Positions 20,185-29,812 of a stretch of DNA of 64,000 bases are shown here, piece by piece (positions within the stretch are counted from its first letter, which is position 1; each line of letters begins with the position of its first letter). Under the pieces are notes generated by a model. That model did no database searches. It had not been told where the DNA came from and worked only from the letters and a program-made list of their open reading frames with translations. The stretch spans positions 1 to 64,000 of the forward strand of contig JBGSIV010000299.1 in NCBI GenBank assembly GCA_041742355.1, given 5' to 3'. The stretch comes from Candidatus Zixiibacteriota bacterium (GTDB lineage Bacteria > Zixibacteria > MSB-5A5 > GN15 > FEB-12). Made by a program: the position numbers and the translations under genes.

Positions 20185-21156
20185 ATGGCAAAACCGAAAC
20201 TGGCCATCTACTGGGCGGCCTCCTGCGGCGGCTGTGATATCGCCATCCTCGATATCGAGGAGAAGATCCTCGGGGTGGTTGATTTCTTCGACCTGGTTTT
20301 CTGGCCGTGCGCAATGGATATCAAGTACGACGATGTCCGGGCTATGCCGGACAAGTCAATTACCCTGACGCTTTTCAACGGCGCTATCCGCAACTCGGAG
20401 AACTATGAGATGGCCCACCTGCTGCGGCAGAAGTCGGTGGTGCTCTGTGCGTTCGGAAGCTGCGCTGCCGACGGATGCATACCGGGACTGGCCAATTTCT
20501 GCCACAAGCAGGACATTCTCGAGTATGTCTACCACAAATCCCCATCCCTGGACAATCCGAACGGGACCATTCCGCAAGTCGAATGCCGTGTCCCCGAAGG
20601 CCGGCTGACTATTCCGGAGATGTGGGACAGCGTCTTCTCGCTCGGCCAAACCGTCCCGGTCGATGTGATCATTCCGGGCTGCCCGCCGCAGTCGGACCAG
20701 ATTGCAGCGGTGGTAGCGACGGTGATCGACATCCTGAAAACCGGCAAGCCGCTGCCTCCTGCCGGAACCGTTCTCGGTGCGACCGACAAGAGCTGCTGCG
20801 ACGAGTGCCCCCGCGAACGCAACGTCAAGAAGATCAAGAAATTCGTCCGTCCATTCGAGGTGGTCACTGATCCCGATATCTGTCTGATGGAGCAGGGGAT
20901 CATCTGCAACGGCCCTGCGACCCGCTCCGGGTGCGGCGCGAAGTGCGTCAAAGCCGGCGTGCCCTGCCGTGGCTGCTACGGCCTGCCCATTAACGTCCGC
21001 GATCAGGGGGCCAAGATGGTTTCCGCTATCGCCAGTGTCATCGATTCCAACGATCCGGAGGAGATCGAACGGATTATCGCCACAATCCCCGATCCGGTCG
21101 GCACATTCTACCGATTCAGCCTGCCCGGCTCGATGTTGCGGAGGGTGCAGTCATGA
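20185..21156 (+). CDS. mvhG: [NiFe]-hydrogenase small subunit, group 3c
   Basis: WAASCGGC, FGSCA, PGCPP, CCDECPR, CLMEQGIICNGPATRSGCGAKC...CRGCYG. Confidence 0.92.
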   Translation: MAKPKLAIYWAASCGGCDIAILDIEEKILGVVDFFDLVFWPCAMDIKYDDVRAMPDKSITLTLFNGAIRNSENYEMAHLLRQKSVVLCAFGSCAADGCIPGLANFCHKQDILEYVYHKSPSLDNPNGTIPQVECRVPEGRLTIPEMWDSVFSLGQTVPVDVIIPGCPPQSDQIAAVVATVIDILKTGKPLPPAGTVLGATDKSCCDECPRERNVKKIKKFVRPFEVVTDPDICLMEQGIICNGPATRSGCGAKCVKAGVPCRGCYGLPINVRDQGAKMVSAIASVIDSNDPEEIERIIATIPDPVGTFYRFSLPGSMLRRVQS

Positions 21157-22634
21157 AGGAAATCGTCATCGATCCGATCACCCGCCTGGAGGGACACGGC
21201 AAGATCCACCTGTTCGTCAAGGACGACGGCAACCTGGCCAACGCCTATTTCCAGGTGCCCGAGCTCCGGGGTTTCGAACGATTCTGCGTGGGGCGGCCGG
21301 TCGAGGAAATGTGCCGCATCACGACGCGCATTTGTGGCGTTTGCCCCGATGCCCATCACATGGCGGCTGCGAAGGCGGCCGACGCGGTCTACGGCGTAAC
21401 CATCCCATCGGCAGCGCGGAAGCTCCGCGAACTCATGTACAACGGCTTCTACGCCGGCGACCACACGACCCACTTCTACGCCCTCGGCGGACCAGATTTC
21501 GTGTGCGGTCCCGACGCACCCAAGGCCGAGCGGAATATCCTTGGAGTCATTGCCAAGGTCGGGCTCGATGCCGGCAAGGCGGTGATCGCCCAACGCGCAC
21601 GAGGCCAGCGGATAATCGAAATCATCGGCGGCAAGAAAGTCCACCCGGTGACCTCCCTGCCCGGCGGGTTGTCGAAGCGGGTCACGAAAGAAGAGCAGCA
21701 GGAAGTTATCGAGATCGGCCGCCAGATGGTCGAGTTCGGCAAGTTCACGATCAAGGTTCTCAATGACATCGTCCTCGCCAACAAGGCCTACGTCGATCTC
21801 ATCCTGTCCGACATGTTTACCCACAAGACCTACAACATGGGCCTGGTCGACGCCAACAACAAGGTGACATTCTACGACGGCATGGTCCGGGTCACTGGAC
21901 CCGACGGCAAGGAGCGGCACAAGTACGAGCCGAGGGACTATCTCCAGTATGTGGCCGAACATGTCGAGCCATACTCTTACCTGAAGTACCCGTACCTCAA
22001 ACAGGTTGGATGGAAGGGGATGGTCGACGGAATCGAATCGGGTGTCTACAAGGCGAGCCCGTTGAGTCGGCTGAACGTATCTGACGGCATGGCGACGCCG
22101 CTGGCGCAGGCCGAATACGAGCGCTTCTACGAAACGCTGACCGGCGATCGCTCAGGCCGTACGCCGGTCCACTCAACGCTCGCCACCCACTGGGCCCGCG
22201 TGGTCGAACTAGTGTTTGCCTGCGAGGCCGTTCTCCAGCAGGCTCAGGACGATGAAATTACGTCCGACAAGGTGCTTAATCCGCCGACGGGGATTGTCGG
22301 CGAGGGGGTCGGCATTGTCGAAGCCCCGCGCGGCACCCTCACGCATCACTACAAGACCGACGGGAACGGTATCATCACAGAGGCCAACCTGATTGTCGGC
22401 ACGACCAACAACAACGCCGCCATTTCGATGTCGATCAAGAAAGCGGCGGAAGGTCTTATCCGAGCCGGTCAGCCGATAACCGACGGCGTGCTCAACAGAA
22501 TCGAAATGGCGTTCCGGGCGTACGACCCGTGTTTCGGTTGTGCCACTCACAGCCTGCCGGGCGAAATGCCTTTGGAACTGATCATACATGAGGCGGAGAG
22601 CGGCGAGGTGATCCAAACCGTCAGGAGGTTCTGA
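21153..22634 (+). CDS. mvhA: [NiFe]-hydrogenase large subunit, group 3c
   Basis: ITRLEGHG, L1 RICGVC, EAPRGTLTHHY, L2 RAYDPCFGCATH followed by a cleavable C-terminal extension. Confidence 0.95.
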   Translation: MKEIVIDPITRLEGHGKIHLFVKDDGNLANAYFQVPELRGFERFCVGRPVEEMCRITTRICGVCPDAHHMAAAKAADAVYGVTIPSAARKLRELMYNGFYAGDHTTHFYALGGPDFVCGPDAPKAERNILGVIAKVGLDAGKAVIAQRARGQRIIEIIGGKKVHPVTSLPGGLSKRVTKEEQQEVIEIGRQMVEFGKFTIKVLNDIVLANKAYVDLILSDMFTHKTYNMGLVDANNKVTFYDGMVRVTGPDGKERHKYEPRDYLQYVAEHVEPYSYLKYPYLKQVGWKGMVDGIESGVYKASPLSRLNVSDGMATPLAQAEYERFYETLTGDRSGRTPVHSTLATHWARVVELVFACEAVLQQAQDDEITSDKVLNPPTGIVGEGVGIVEAPRGTLTHHYKTDGNGIITEANLIVGTTNNNAAISMSIKKAAEGLIRAGQPITDGVLNRIEMAFRAYDPCFGCATHSLPGEMPLELIIHEAESGEVIQTVRRF

Positions 22635-23140
22635 TGAGTTCGACGCTGGTGCTGTGCCTTGGCAACGACGTCCTGTCGGATGATGCATTCGGCTTTCACC
22701 TGGCCCGGCGACTGCAGGAACAGGAGGAACTGGAGGGCAAAGCGGATGTGCAGTTTGCCCCGTTGGCAGGCTTCAATCTGCTGCCGCTGCTCCAGAACCA
22801 CGAACGGCTCCTGATTGTCGATACCATCGTCACCGGTCGGGCGCTGCCGGGGACCATCCACTTCTTTCCGATGGGCGAAGAGACTCCCTCGCGTCTGTTG
22901 ACCTCCAGCCACCAGATCAGCCTGCCCCACGCGCTTGCCCTCGGACGGGCGCTCGGCATGGCCATGCCGGAGAGCATCGATGTTCTGGCGGTGGAAGCGC
23001 AGGATGTGTGCACGCTCAGTGAGGAGATGACTCCGCCGGTGGAGGAGGCACTCGAACCGGCCCTCAGCCGGGTCGCCGAATGGATCGCCACGTCACTATC
23101 GGAGGAATACCATGGAGGATTCGAACCGCAGGTCAACTAA
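22634..23140 (+). CDS. Hydrogenase maturation endopeptidase
   Basis: LGNDVLSDDAFG, IVDT, SSH motifs; directly after mvhA. Confidence 0.92.
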   Translation: MSSTLVLCLGNDVLSDDAFGFHLARRLQEQEELEGKADVQFAPLAGFNLLPLLQNHERLLIVDTIVTGRALPGTIHFFPMGEETPSRLLTSSHQISLPHALALGRALGMAMPESIDVLAVEAQDVCTLSEEMTPPVEEALEPALSRVAEWIATSLSEEYHGGFEPQVN

Positions 23141-23417
23141 GCCGCCCGACTGCACCCCGCAGCGATGTCCCGAATGCCAGGGACGAGGATGGACCGACAA
23201 CCGCTGCCTGACGCCTGACCATGCGCACCGGTGCTCGTACTGCGACGGCAAGGGGTTTAATGCCCTGGAAAACACCTGTTTCGCGTGCCACGGTACGGGG
23301 CAGATAGAAGTGCGGCAAATCGATAAAGCGCCTTGCCCGCTCTGCTCCGGAGCCGGCGTCTACCCGGTGCCGGAATCTATGACGCTGGCCGAATTCGCTT
23401 TTCGTCCGCGTTCCTGA
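23112..23417 (+). CDS. Stand-alone DnaJ-type zinc-finger protein
   Basis: Four CxxCxGxG motifs (CPECQGRG, CSYCDGKG, CFACHGTG, CPLCSGAG); GGAGG RBS. Confidence 0.8.
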   Translation: MEDSNRRSTKPPDCTPQRCPECQGRGWTDNRCLTPDHAHRCSYCDGKGFNALENTCFACHGTGQIEVRQIDKAPCPLCSGAGVYPVPESMTLAEFAFRPRS

Positions 23418-23613
23418 AGCTGGATCAGCGATAGGAAACCGGCCGGTTCCCCCGGGAAACGGGGAGCCCGGGGTTGCGCTGTAGTCTGGTGCAGTCGCAC
23501 GCTACCGCCGCCGTGAGTTCATACTGCCGGGAGATCTCTGCGGGGAGGATCCGGCGATGGCGAGTCACATGACCATCCGCCGGTCCATTATCAAACGCAC
23601 GGCCGTCGTCCGT

Positions 23614-26600
23614 TCAGCGTTGTAGCTTGAAGATGAAATCGAGCCCGCTCGTCTTGCTGTCCCCTTGAAGAAGCTGCAGAAAGAGATGTTTGTTCAACTC
23701 GTACTCCAGCGTGACTATGTCTGGAGTCGCCTCCTGTCCCGGCGCGCTGCCGAGCGAACGCTGGTAGCTCATGAAGAGATCGTTGGTCAGGTACTTGCCG
23801 ATCGTCATCGTAGCTGAGGCCAGGCTGCCCTGTGAATTGATATCGACGACATCGAGACCAAGCTTGCTGCCGAGGGTCTGGGACAGCTGGTTGGAGAGCA
23901 TATTGGCGGCAGCCCCTTTCGCCAAATCAGCCTGCGCCGCGCCGGCATCGGACTGCTGTCCCGACGTCAGCTCGTCCATGCTGCGCCCGTACATGACATA
24001 GGCGATGGCGTCTTTCTCCTCGATCGCGGCATCATCAAGCGTGAACTGGAGCACCGGCGTGAACGCCTTGCCGGAGACCTCGAGCTTGAGGGTTCGCTTC
24101 TCACGTTCCGCCGTGCGAAACACGTACTGCGCCTGCATCGAGACCTCCGGATTGTACTCCGCGCCCCCCTGGAACAGCAGATTCCCCTGCACGATCGTGA
24201 AGACCTTCCCGTAGAGATTGTACTGGCCGCGTACAATCCGGAGCGGTCCGAACAGCTCGAAATCGGGGCCGTTCTTGACCAGATCGAGATCTCCGTCGCC
24301 GATTTCAAGATTCATATCCGGGCTGCGCAGCCAGGTATTGCGTGGTATCAGGACTTTGAAACTGCCGCGCAGGTTCTCGAACCAGTCGACCTCAGCGGTG
24401 TCAATCTCGGACTTGTCGACCACGAGGGCATTTCCCGTGGAGTCGGCCAAAGAGTCGGCTGGCAGCGTGGCCCTGACCAGCATCGGCATCGACTGGTCGG
24501 CCATGGCCTGGGCGGCGGCGGCTTTCTCCATGAGGGCCGGGAGAAAGAAGCTCGATCGAAGAATTGTGATATTGCCCGAGTACCTCGGCTCCGCGCTGTT
24601 GCCGGTCAGACGCGCATCGCCGGAGATGGATACCTGATAGTCTTTGTGCTTAATCACCTCAAACGAGTTCGCGAGGAAATCAAATTCGGTCGTCTTGATC
24701 ACGCCGGTGAGGAGGTCCCGCTCGAACTGCAACGATCCCGAGCCGGTCAATATTCCCTTGTCCCTCACAGCCTGCAGGGTGTCCAGGGTGATGACGGCGT
24801 CGTGTACCGAGAGACCGACCAGCATGTCTGAGTACTCGATACCGTGCGCCGAAATTGAAACCGAGCCGTCGCGCAGGCCGAACTGGCCGCCCACTTTGGG
24901 AGCATCAATGGTTCCGGCGATATTGATATCGGCGGTGATCAACCCCGCGACATTGCTGAGCGGTTGGCCGGAAGCCTGAACGACCGAAAGGGGGAGGCCG
25001 GAGGTCCTGACATCGACTTCAAATGGCCGGTCCCGGTGAACTGCGTCCCCGGTGTTGTCGAGCGCAAGGTTGACCGGAAGGAGGCCGGTAATGGCCAGGC
25101 TGTCCGCTTGGTGCGGCACCAGCGACAGGCTCCAGGCGAGGTTCTCGGCCTCGTAGTCGAAACCGGCGTGAATGGCGCGATACGAGAACTGGTTGACCAG
25201 GCCGCTGTCGATCGCCATCCGTCCGGAGAGAATCGGCGACGACGCCGATCCGCCGAGGTGCATACTGGCGGTCAACAGTCCGGCTACGCTGTCCGGGATA
25301 TCGAAGGCCGCGACCAACGGCCTGAGGTCGAGACGATCGATAGCCAATGAGAGATCCTCGGTTCCGGTCATCGAAAACAGCCCCGCCACTGAAATGGTTT
25401 GCTGCTCTCCGGCAGCGGCGACAGGTGAACTCAGGATCAGATTCTCGATACGGTAGTCCTCGCCGATCACGGCAAGACGCGTTTCCGGACTGCCTCCGCG
25501 CCACTGCTGCGTCCCGAAGTCAAAGGCGATAGCCGGAACCACCGCGCTGATCGTGCTGTCGATAGCCACCATGCTCTCGAAGTGAGCGCTGATTCCCGGT
25601 CGGTAGAATCCATCAAGGACAATGGCCGCCGAGGCTCCGGTGAAATCCGAAGTGGCGATAACCGAATCCAGCACGAGGCTACCGGCTATCAGGCGATATG
25701 CCGATATCCGAGCGTTGCCGCTCAGGCTGTCCCCCAGCGACAGCGCGGTCAGTTGTGCCTCCACCGTTTCGACGCCGGACGTGTTATACCACAGGTTATT
25801 CAGGGCCAGGTCACCACCAATCGACAGCGAATCAAGAGCACCATTGACAGTTCCGTCGAGCGTGCCGGCTCCCGAGAGCGTATCGATACCGGTGAGCATT
25901 TCTCGCAGGGGGGAAAGGGACTTCAAACGCACCGCATACATCAGGGCGTGGGTGCCGTCGACCTCTCCCTGGCCGACCGCGCTCAGGCTCCCCACCGCCG
26001 ATGCGGTATGCAGAGTATCCAATCGATAAGAGTCGGCAGTGAAATCCAAACGCGCGAAAGCTGTGTCAACGTTCACGCCGGAAAACGTCGACGGCGAGAG
26101 ATGGAGTTGCGCGTTCCCGCTCAGACGCGTCGTATCAAAGCCGCTGCCGTTCACCAGCGCGGTCAAATTCAGGTCGGAGATCATACTGTCCGTCTGAAGC
26201 AGGGGGGCCAGATTGAGGTGCGAGAATGTCAATCCGATTTCGTAGCTCTGGGAATCGAGTATGTCGGTTACGCTGAAGACAGAATTCAGGCCGCCAAAGG
26301 CACCGGAGGCGTCAAGTGAACCAACGAGATCCCCCCCCGCGTAGCGGGCGGTGCCGGTCATCTGGCCGAGCGACCGGCCGAGAGCACCAACATCTCCAAG
26401 GGCAATATCCATTGCGACATCTGCGTCCTCGGCAGTAAATCCACTCCCGGCCAGCGTGATCGTACCGTTCGCGCGGTAGTCGGCAGCGGTGTCTCCCAGC
26501 CAGTGGGCCAGGTCGAAGTTCGTTAGGCCGATATCGAGGTAGTACCGCACGAGATCATGCGTAGCGACGTTCATTGCTTTGCTGACATTGGCGACACTGA

Positions 26601-27513
26601 GGCCGAGGTCTATTCGCTGCGGGGGTTCGATGATACCGAGCGTCGCCTCAAGGGAGTCCCGCTCCAGCCGTGCCTCGATTTCAAAGAGGGGGCTGCCGTG
26701 GATGCTCAGGGCCGGCACAAAGGCGGCCAATTCGGTGAAGTCGAAAGGCTCGCTGGCCAATTGGCCCGAGGATGTCGCGCTGTCGGTGGCGACATAAGTT
26801 CCCTCGCCGCCGAGCTTGTTGCGGGCGGTTCGAATCACGAGATTTCCGAGCGTGATCCGGTTGCCCCGTCGCGATGCATCGACCGACAACTGCTCCAGGC
26901 GGAACGGGGGCTTCTCCATAGCGAAGGACAGCCCCTTCAGGGCAAACTGCTGAGCGGTGTCGGAGTACTGCAGTGCAAAACGCACACCGATTTCCTCTAT
27001 GGCCGGCGGCAGGGCCGTATCGAGCGCCGTCAGTGCAATGGAACCGTCGCGGAGGATGAAGTCATTCAGCAGAATGAGCAAACCGGATGTGTCCGTTTCT
27101 TCGGGCGTATCCGGCTGAACCACCGTGTCGGTCCGGATCAGGTTGGCGAAATTCCAACTGCTGTCCCCCGTCTGGATCAATTTGGCGTACGGTGCATCGA
27201 TCGTGATCGAGTCGATCAGGAGTTCCCAGTGGAGTAACCGCGACGGCGTCAGGTCCACTCTGACACGCGGCACGAACATCACGGTGTCGTCGTGGGCGGT
27301 GATCAGCATGTCGAGCACCTGAAGGTGGGTGAAGAAGTTCCCCTCGATAGCTTCAATGCTCAACCGGCCATTCAGGTGCTCGTTTCCGGCCGCGATAATC
27401 CGGTTTTTCAGCCAGTCGCGAAAGAACGCCGTCTGAGTCAGCCCCAGGAGCAGGCCCATCATCAGGACGAAGGCTCCGAACACTACTGCTATGCGTTTTA
27501 ACCAGCGTTTCAT
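23614..27513 (-). CDS. tamB: Translocation and assembly module TamB / AsmA-like protein
   Basis: N-terminal TM anchor, long beta-rich body, DUF490-like end (GLDVVDI, TIGKYLTNDLFMSY, GLDFIFK); downstream of an Omp85 gene. Confidence 0.88.
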   Translation of the reverse strand: MKRWLKRIAVVFGAFVLMMGLLLGLTQTAFFRDWLKNRIIAAGNEHLNGRLSIEAIEGNFFTHLQVLDMLITAHDDTVMFVPRVRVDLTPSRLLHWELLIDSITIDAPYAKLIQTGDSSWNFANLIRTDTVVQPDTPEETDTSGLLILLNDFILRDGSIALTALDTALPPAIEEIGVRFALQYSDTAQQFALKGLSFAMEKPPFRLEQLSVDASRRGNRITLGNLVIRTARNKLGGEGTYVATDSATSSGQLASEPFDFTELAAFVPALSIHGSPLFEIEARLERDSLEATLGIIEPPQRIDLGLSVANVSKAMNVATHDLVRYYLDIGLTNFDLAHWLGDTAADYRANGTITLAGSGFTAEDADVAMDIALGDVGALGRSLGQMTGTARYAGGDLVGSLDASGAFGGLNSVFSVTDILDSQSYEIGLTFSHLNLAPLLQTDSMISDLNLTALVNGSGFDTTRLSGNAQLHLSPSTFSGVNVDTAFARLDFTADSYRLDTLHTASAVGSLSAVGQGEVDGTHALMYAVRLKSLSPLREMLTGIDTLSGAGTLDGTVNGALDSLSIGGDLALNNLWYNTSGVETVEAQLTALSLGDSLSGNARISAYRLIAGSLVLDSVIATSDFTGASAAIVLDGFYRPGISAHFESMVAIDSTISAVVPAIAFDFGTQQWRGGSPETRLAVIGEDYRIENLILSSPVAAAGEQQTISVAGLFSMTGTEDLSLAIDRLDLRPLVAAFDIPDSVAGLLTASMHLGGSASSPILSGRMAIDSGLVNQFSYRAIHAGFDYEAENLAWSLSLVPHQADSLAITGLLPVNLALDNTGDAVHRDRPFEVDVRTSGLPLSVVQASGQPLSNVAGLITADINIAGTIDAPKVGGQFGLRDGSVSISAHGIEYSDMLVGLSVHDAVITLDTLQAVRDKGILTGSGSLQFERDLLTGVIKTTEFDFLANSFEVIKHKDYQVSISGDARLTGNSAEPRYSGNITILRSSFFLPALMEKAAAAQAMADQSMPMLVRATLPADSLADSTGNALVVDKSEIDTAEVDWFENLRGSFKVLIPRNTWLRSPDMNLEIGDGDLDLVKNGPDFELFGPLRIVRGQYNLYGKVFTIVQGNLLFQGGAEYNPEVSMQAQYVFRTAEREKRTLKLEVSGKAFTPVLQFTLDDAAIEEKDAIAYVMYGRSMDELTSGQQSDAGAAQADLAKGAAANMLSNQLSQTLGSKLGLDVVDINSQGSLASATMTIGKYLTNDLFMSYQRSLGSAPGQEATPDIVTLEYELNKHLFLQLLQGDSKTSGLDFIFKLQR

Positions 27514-27541
27514 CTAGGTCTGCACTTCTCATCAGCTATCA

Positions 27542-29392
27542 CTAGAAGGCCTGCCCGATACTGATGTGAAACTGGGTCCCGTCATCGTCGTCGGCCACCG
27601 GCCGGGCAACATCGAGCCGGACCGGGCCGATAGGCGTGGCGACTCTGATCCCGGCGCCGACAGAATAGCGAAGATCCGCCGGGTCGTAGGAGAATGATTC
27701 GGTCCAGACGTTTCCCAAATCACTGAATACGACGCCGGACAACATGCCGATAATCGGGTACCGCAGTTCGATACTGGCCTCCATGAGCGACTGCCCCCCG
27801 ATCGGCTCGCTATCTTTCTTCGGCCCCAGGTCCGAGCGTGCCCATCCGCGCACCGATGAACTGCCGCCGGAGTAGAAGAGCTCTTCCACCGGCACGAAAC
27901 TCTCGGCGCCGAAAGTCTCTATGCCGCCCAGTTTGATTCGCGTTGCGAGAACGAGCACCGAGAGCGAGCTGTACCGGCGGAGGTCGATCAGCAGTTTCAT
28001 GAAGCGCGTATCCCCGCCGAAACCGAGGCCGCTGAAGGCGATCGTATTGGCATTGAAGAAGCCGCGGCGCGGATTGAACAGGGGGCCGGAATTGTCAAAG
28101 GAACTGCCCAGGATCAATTGTGATTTGTTGTACAGCCCCGGAAGAGCAGTGCTGTCGGTCGACTCCGAAAGGACCGACTCCGAGACATCGACCTGTTCCA
28201 GCGCGTAGGTGATCGAGCCGTTCAGCGACGAACTGAACTGATGGGCGGCCCCGAGTGTTGCGCCCGTTCGATTGATGGTGTAGGCCGGTTCGCGCTGCCG
28301 CCTCGCAAAGGGGCCGAAACTCAGGGTCGTGCGGGGCGTTGGGAAGGCCGGCTGTGTCAGGGTCAGCGCGACGTGGTACGGCTCCAGATATGAGTGTTTC
28401 ATGAAGAGCTGCAAGCGGCGGGCGCCCCCGAGAAATCCGAGCAGCCGTGTCTCCGATGACACCCGGATGTGATCTTCGGTGCCGTATCCGACTCCGAACT
28501 TGGTTGTGAACCGTTTGGCGTCCTTGACAAACGCCTCAACCGGAATCACGTTGCCGCTGTCTTTGGCGAGAACGGGAGTAGCTGTGGCCACCTGGAATAC
28601 TCCGAGTCCATACACCTGCTGTTGTGTCTGTTCTACCGAGCGCAGGCGAAATACGTCGCCCGGATGGAAGGCAACCTGCCGGGTGATTACAGGCTCCGAG
28701 ACTTTGCTGACCCCCAGGATTCGCACGTCGCCGAAGAAGCACTCCGGGCCGCTGTCGATCCGCCAGTCAATCGCCACGGACAGATCTTCAGCAGAGACCG
28801 CCAGCTCCGGCTCGATTTCCGCATACGGGTATCCCGCGTTGCCGAGCGCCCGGGCGAGCAGCAGCTGGTCGAGCATAACCGAGGAGTCGCGGAATCTGGT
28901 CTCCGGGCGAAGAGCCACTTCGCGCGCAATTCGCTTGAGAATCTCCTGGAAGACGATATCAGGAACGGAACTGGATTCGGAGCGGGTGTAGGCGACCCGA
29001 TGCACGGTGATAGGCTCACCTTCGGTAATGGTGATGGTCAGTTTGACCGTCTTCTCTTGCGGGTCGGTCTCCTCTCGCACCGGTGCGACAGCGACGTACA
29101 GGAAGCCTTCGCGCTGGTAAAACGCCTTGATGCGATCGAGATCCTGCGCCAAAACCTCTCTGGAGTATTCCGGCCCCTTCTTACCGAGCAGTTTCGACAG
29201 CCCTCCGACAGATTCTGTCTCCATCAGCAGCGTAAGCGAATTGGCCGGGATAGATTCGTTTCCTTCAAACGCGATCTTCTGAACGGCAAATCCATCCTGG
29301 GCTTGAAGCGGCGGCGCGATCACCAGCACAACGGCCAGGCTGGGGACGAGAAGGATGAGGGGAAGAAGTCCCGCGATTATAGAACGACTCAC
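27542..29392 (-). CDS. tamA: Omp85-family outer membrane protein, TamA-like
   Basis: About three POTRA domains, GGSSSVRGW, TPIGPVRLDVA, C-terminal SIGQAF. Confidence 0.85.
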   Translation of the reverse strand: MSRSIIAGLLPLILLVPSLAVVLVIAPPLQAQDGFAVQKIAFEGNESIPANSLTLLMETESVGGLSKLLGKKGPEYSREVLAQDLDRIKAFYQREGFLYVAVAPVREETDPQEKTVKLTITITEGEPITVHRVAYTRSESSSVPDIVFQEILKRIAREVALRPETRFRDSSVMLDQLLLARALGNAGYPYAEIEPELAVSAEDLSVAIDWRIDSGPECFFGDVRILGVSKVSEPVITRQVAFHPGDVFRLRSVEQTQQQVYGLGVFQVATATPVLAKDSGNVIPVEAFVKDAKRFTTKFGVGYGTEDHIRVSSETRLLGFLGGARRLQLFMKHSYLEPYHVALTLTQPAFPTPRTTLSFGPFARRQREPAYTINRTGATLGAAHQFSSSLNGSITYALEQVDVSESVLSESTDSTALPGLYNKSQLILGSSFDNSGPLFNPRRGFFNANTIAFSGLGFGGDTRFMKLLIDLRRYSSLSVLVLATRIKLGGIETFGAESFVPVEELFYSGGSSSVRGWARSDLGPKKDSEPIGGQSLMEASIELRYPIIGMLSGVVFSDLGNVWTESFSYDPADLRYSVGAGIRVATPIGPVRLDVARPVADDDDGTQFHISIGQAF

Positions 29393-29812
29393 AATGCACC
29401 AAATCTGTTTGTCGAGCTACGGTAAGTTGAAGAGTTCACACAGGAAAAGGTATCTGCGTAACCGCATAGATGTCAAGCGAAAGCGGGCGATGCGCAAAGA
29501 ACGCACCCCCCTGAACCCCGCCTGCCGTTGTGTGTCAATTCGGTATCTGGGCGCCTCGCCAGAACGGGATGGCCTTGGTGGCGAAGGTTGGTCTGGTGAT
29601 TCGGTAAGAGCGGATGGGCTGCAACTGGTGGCTGCCATCACTTGGGTTCGCGGCGTCAGGGAACGGCCGTTTGGCGGCCCGGCGGCAAATTAACCGGCCG
29701 ACCAAGCAGAAACGCTTTGCACAGCAGGCCGAACCACATTAACTTAGGCCACAATATGGAGTGAATGCACCTCGCTCGACCGAGACCGACCAACTCGCAA
29801 GGAGATCAGCTT

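Noticed and set aside
19730..22634. Selenocysteine recoding in Mvh subunits
   Set aside because: The relevant positions are Cys codons and there is no in-frame TGA.
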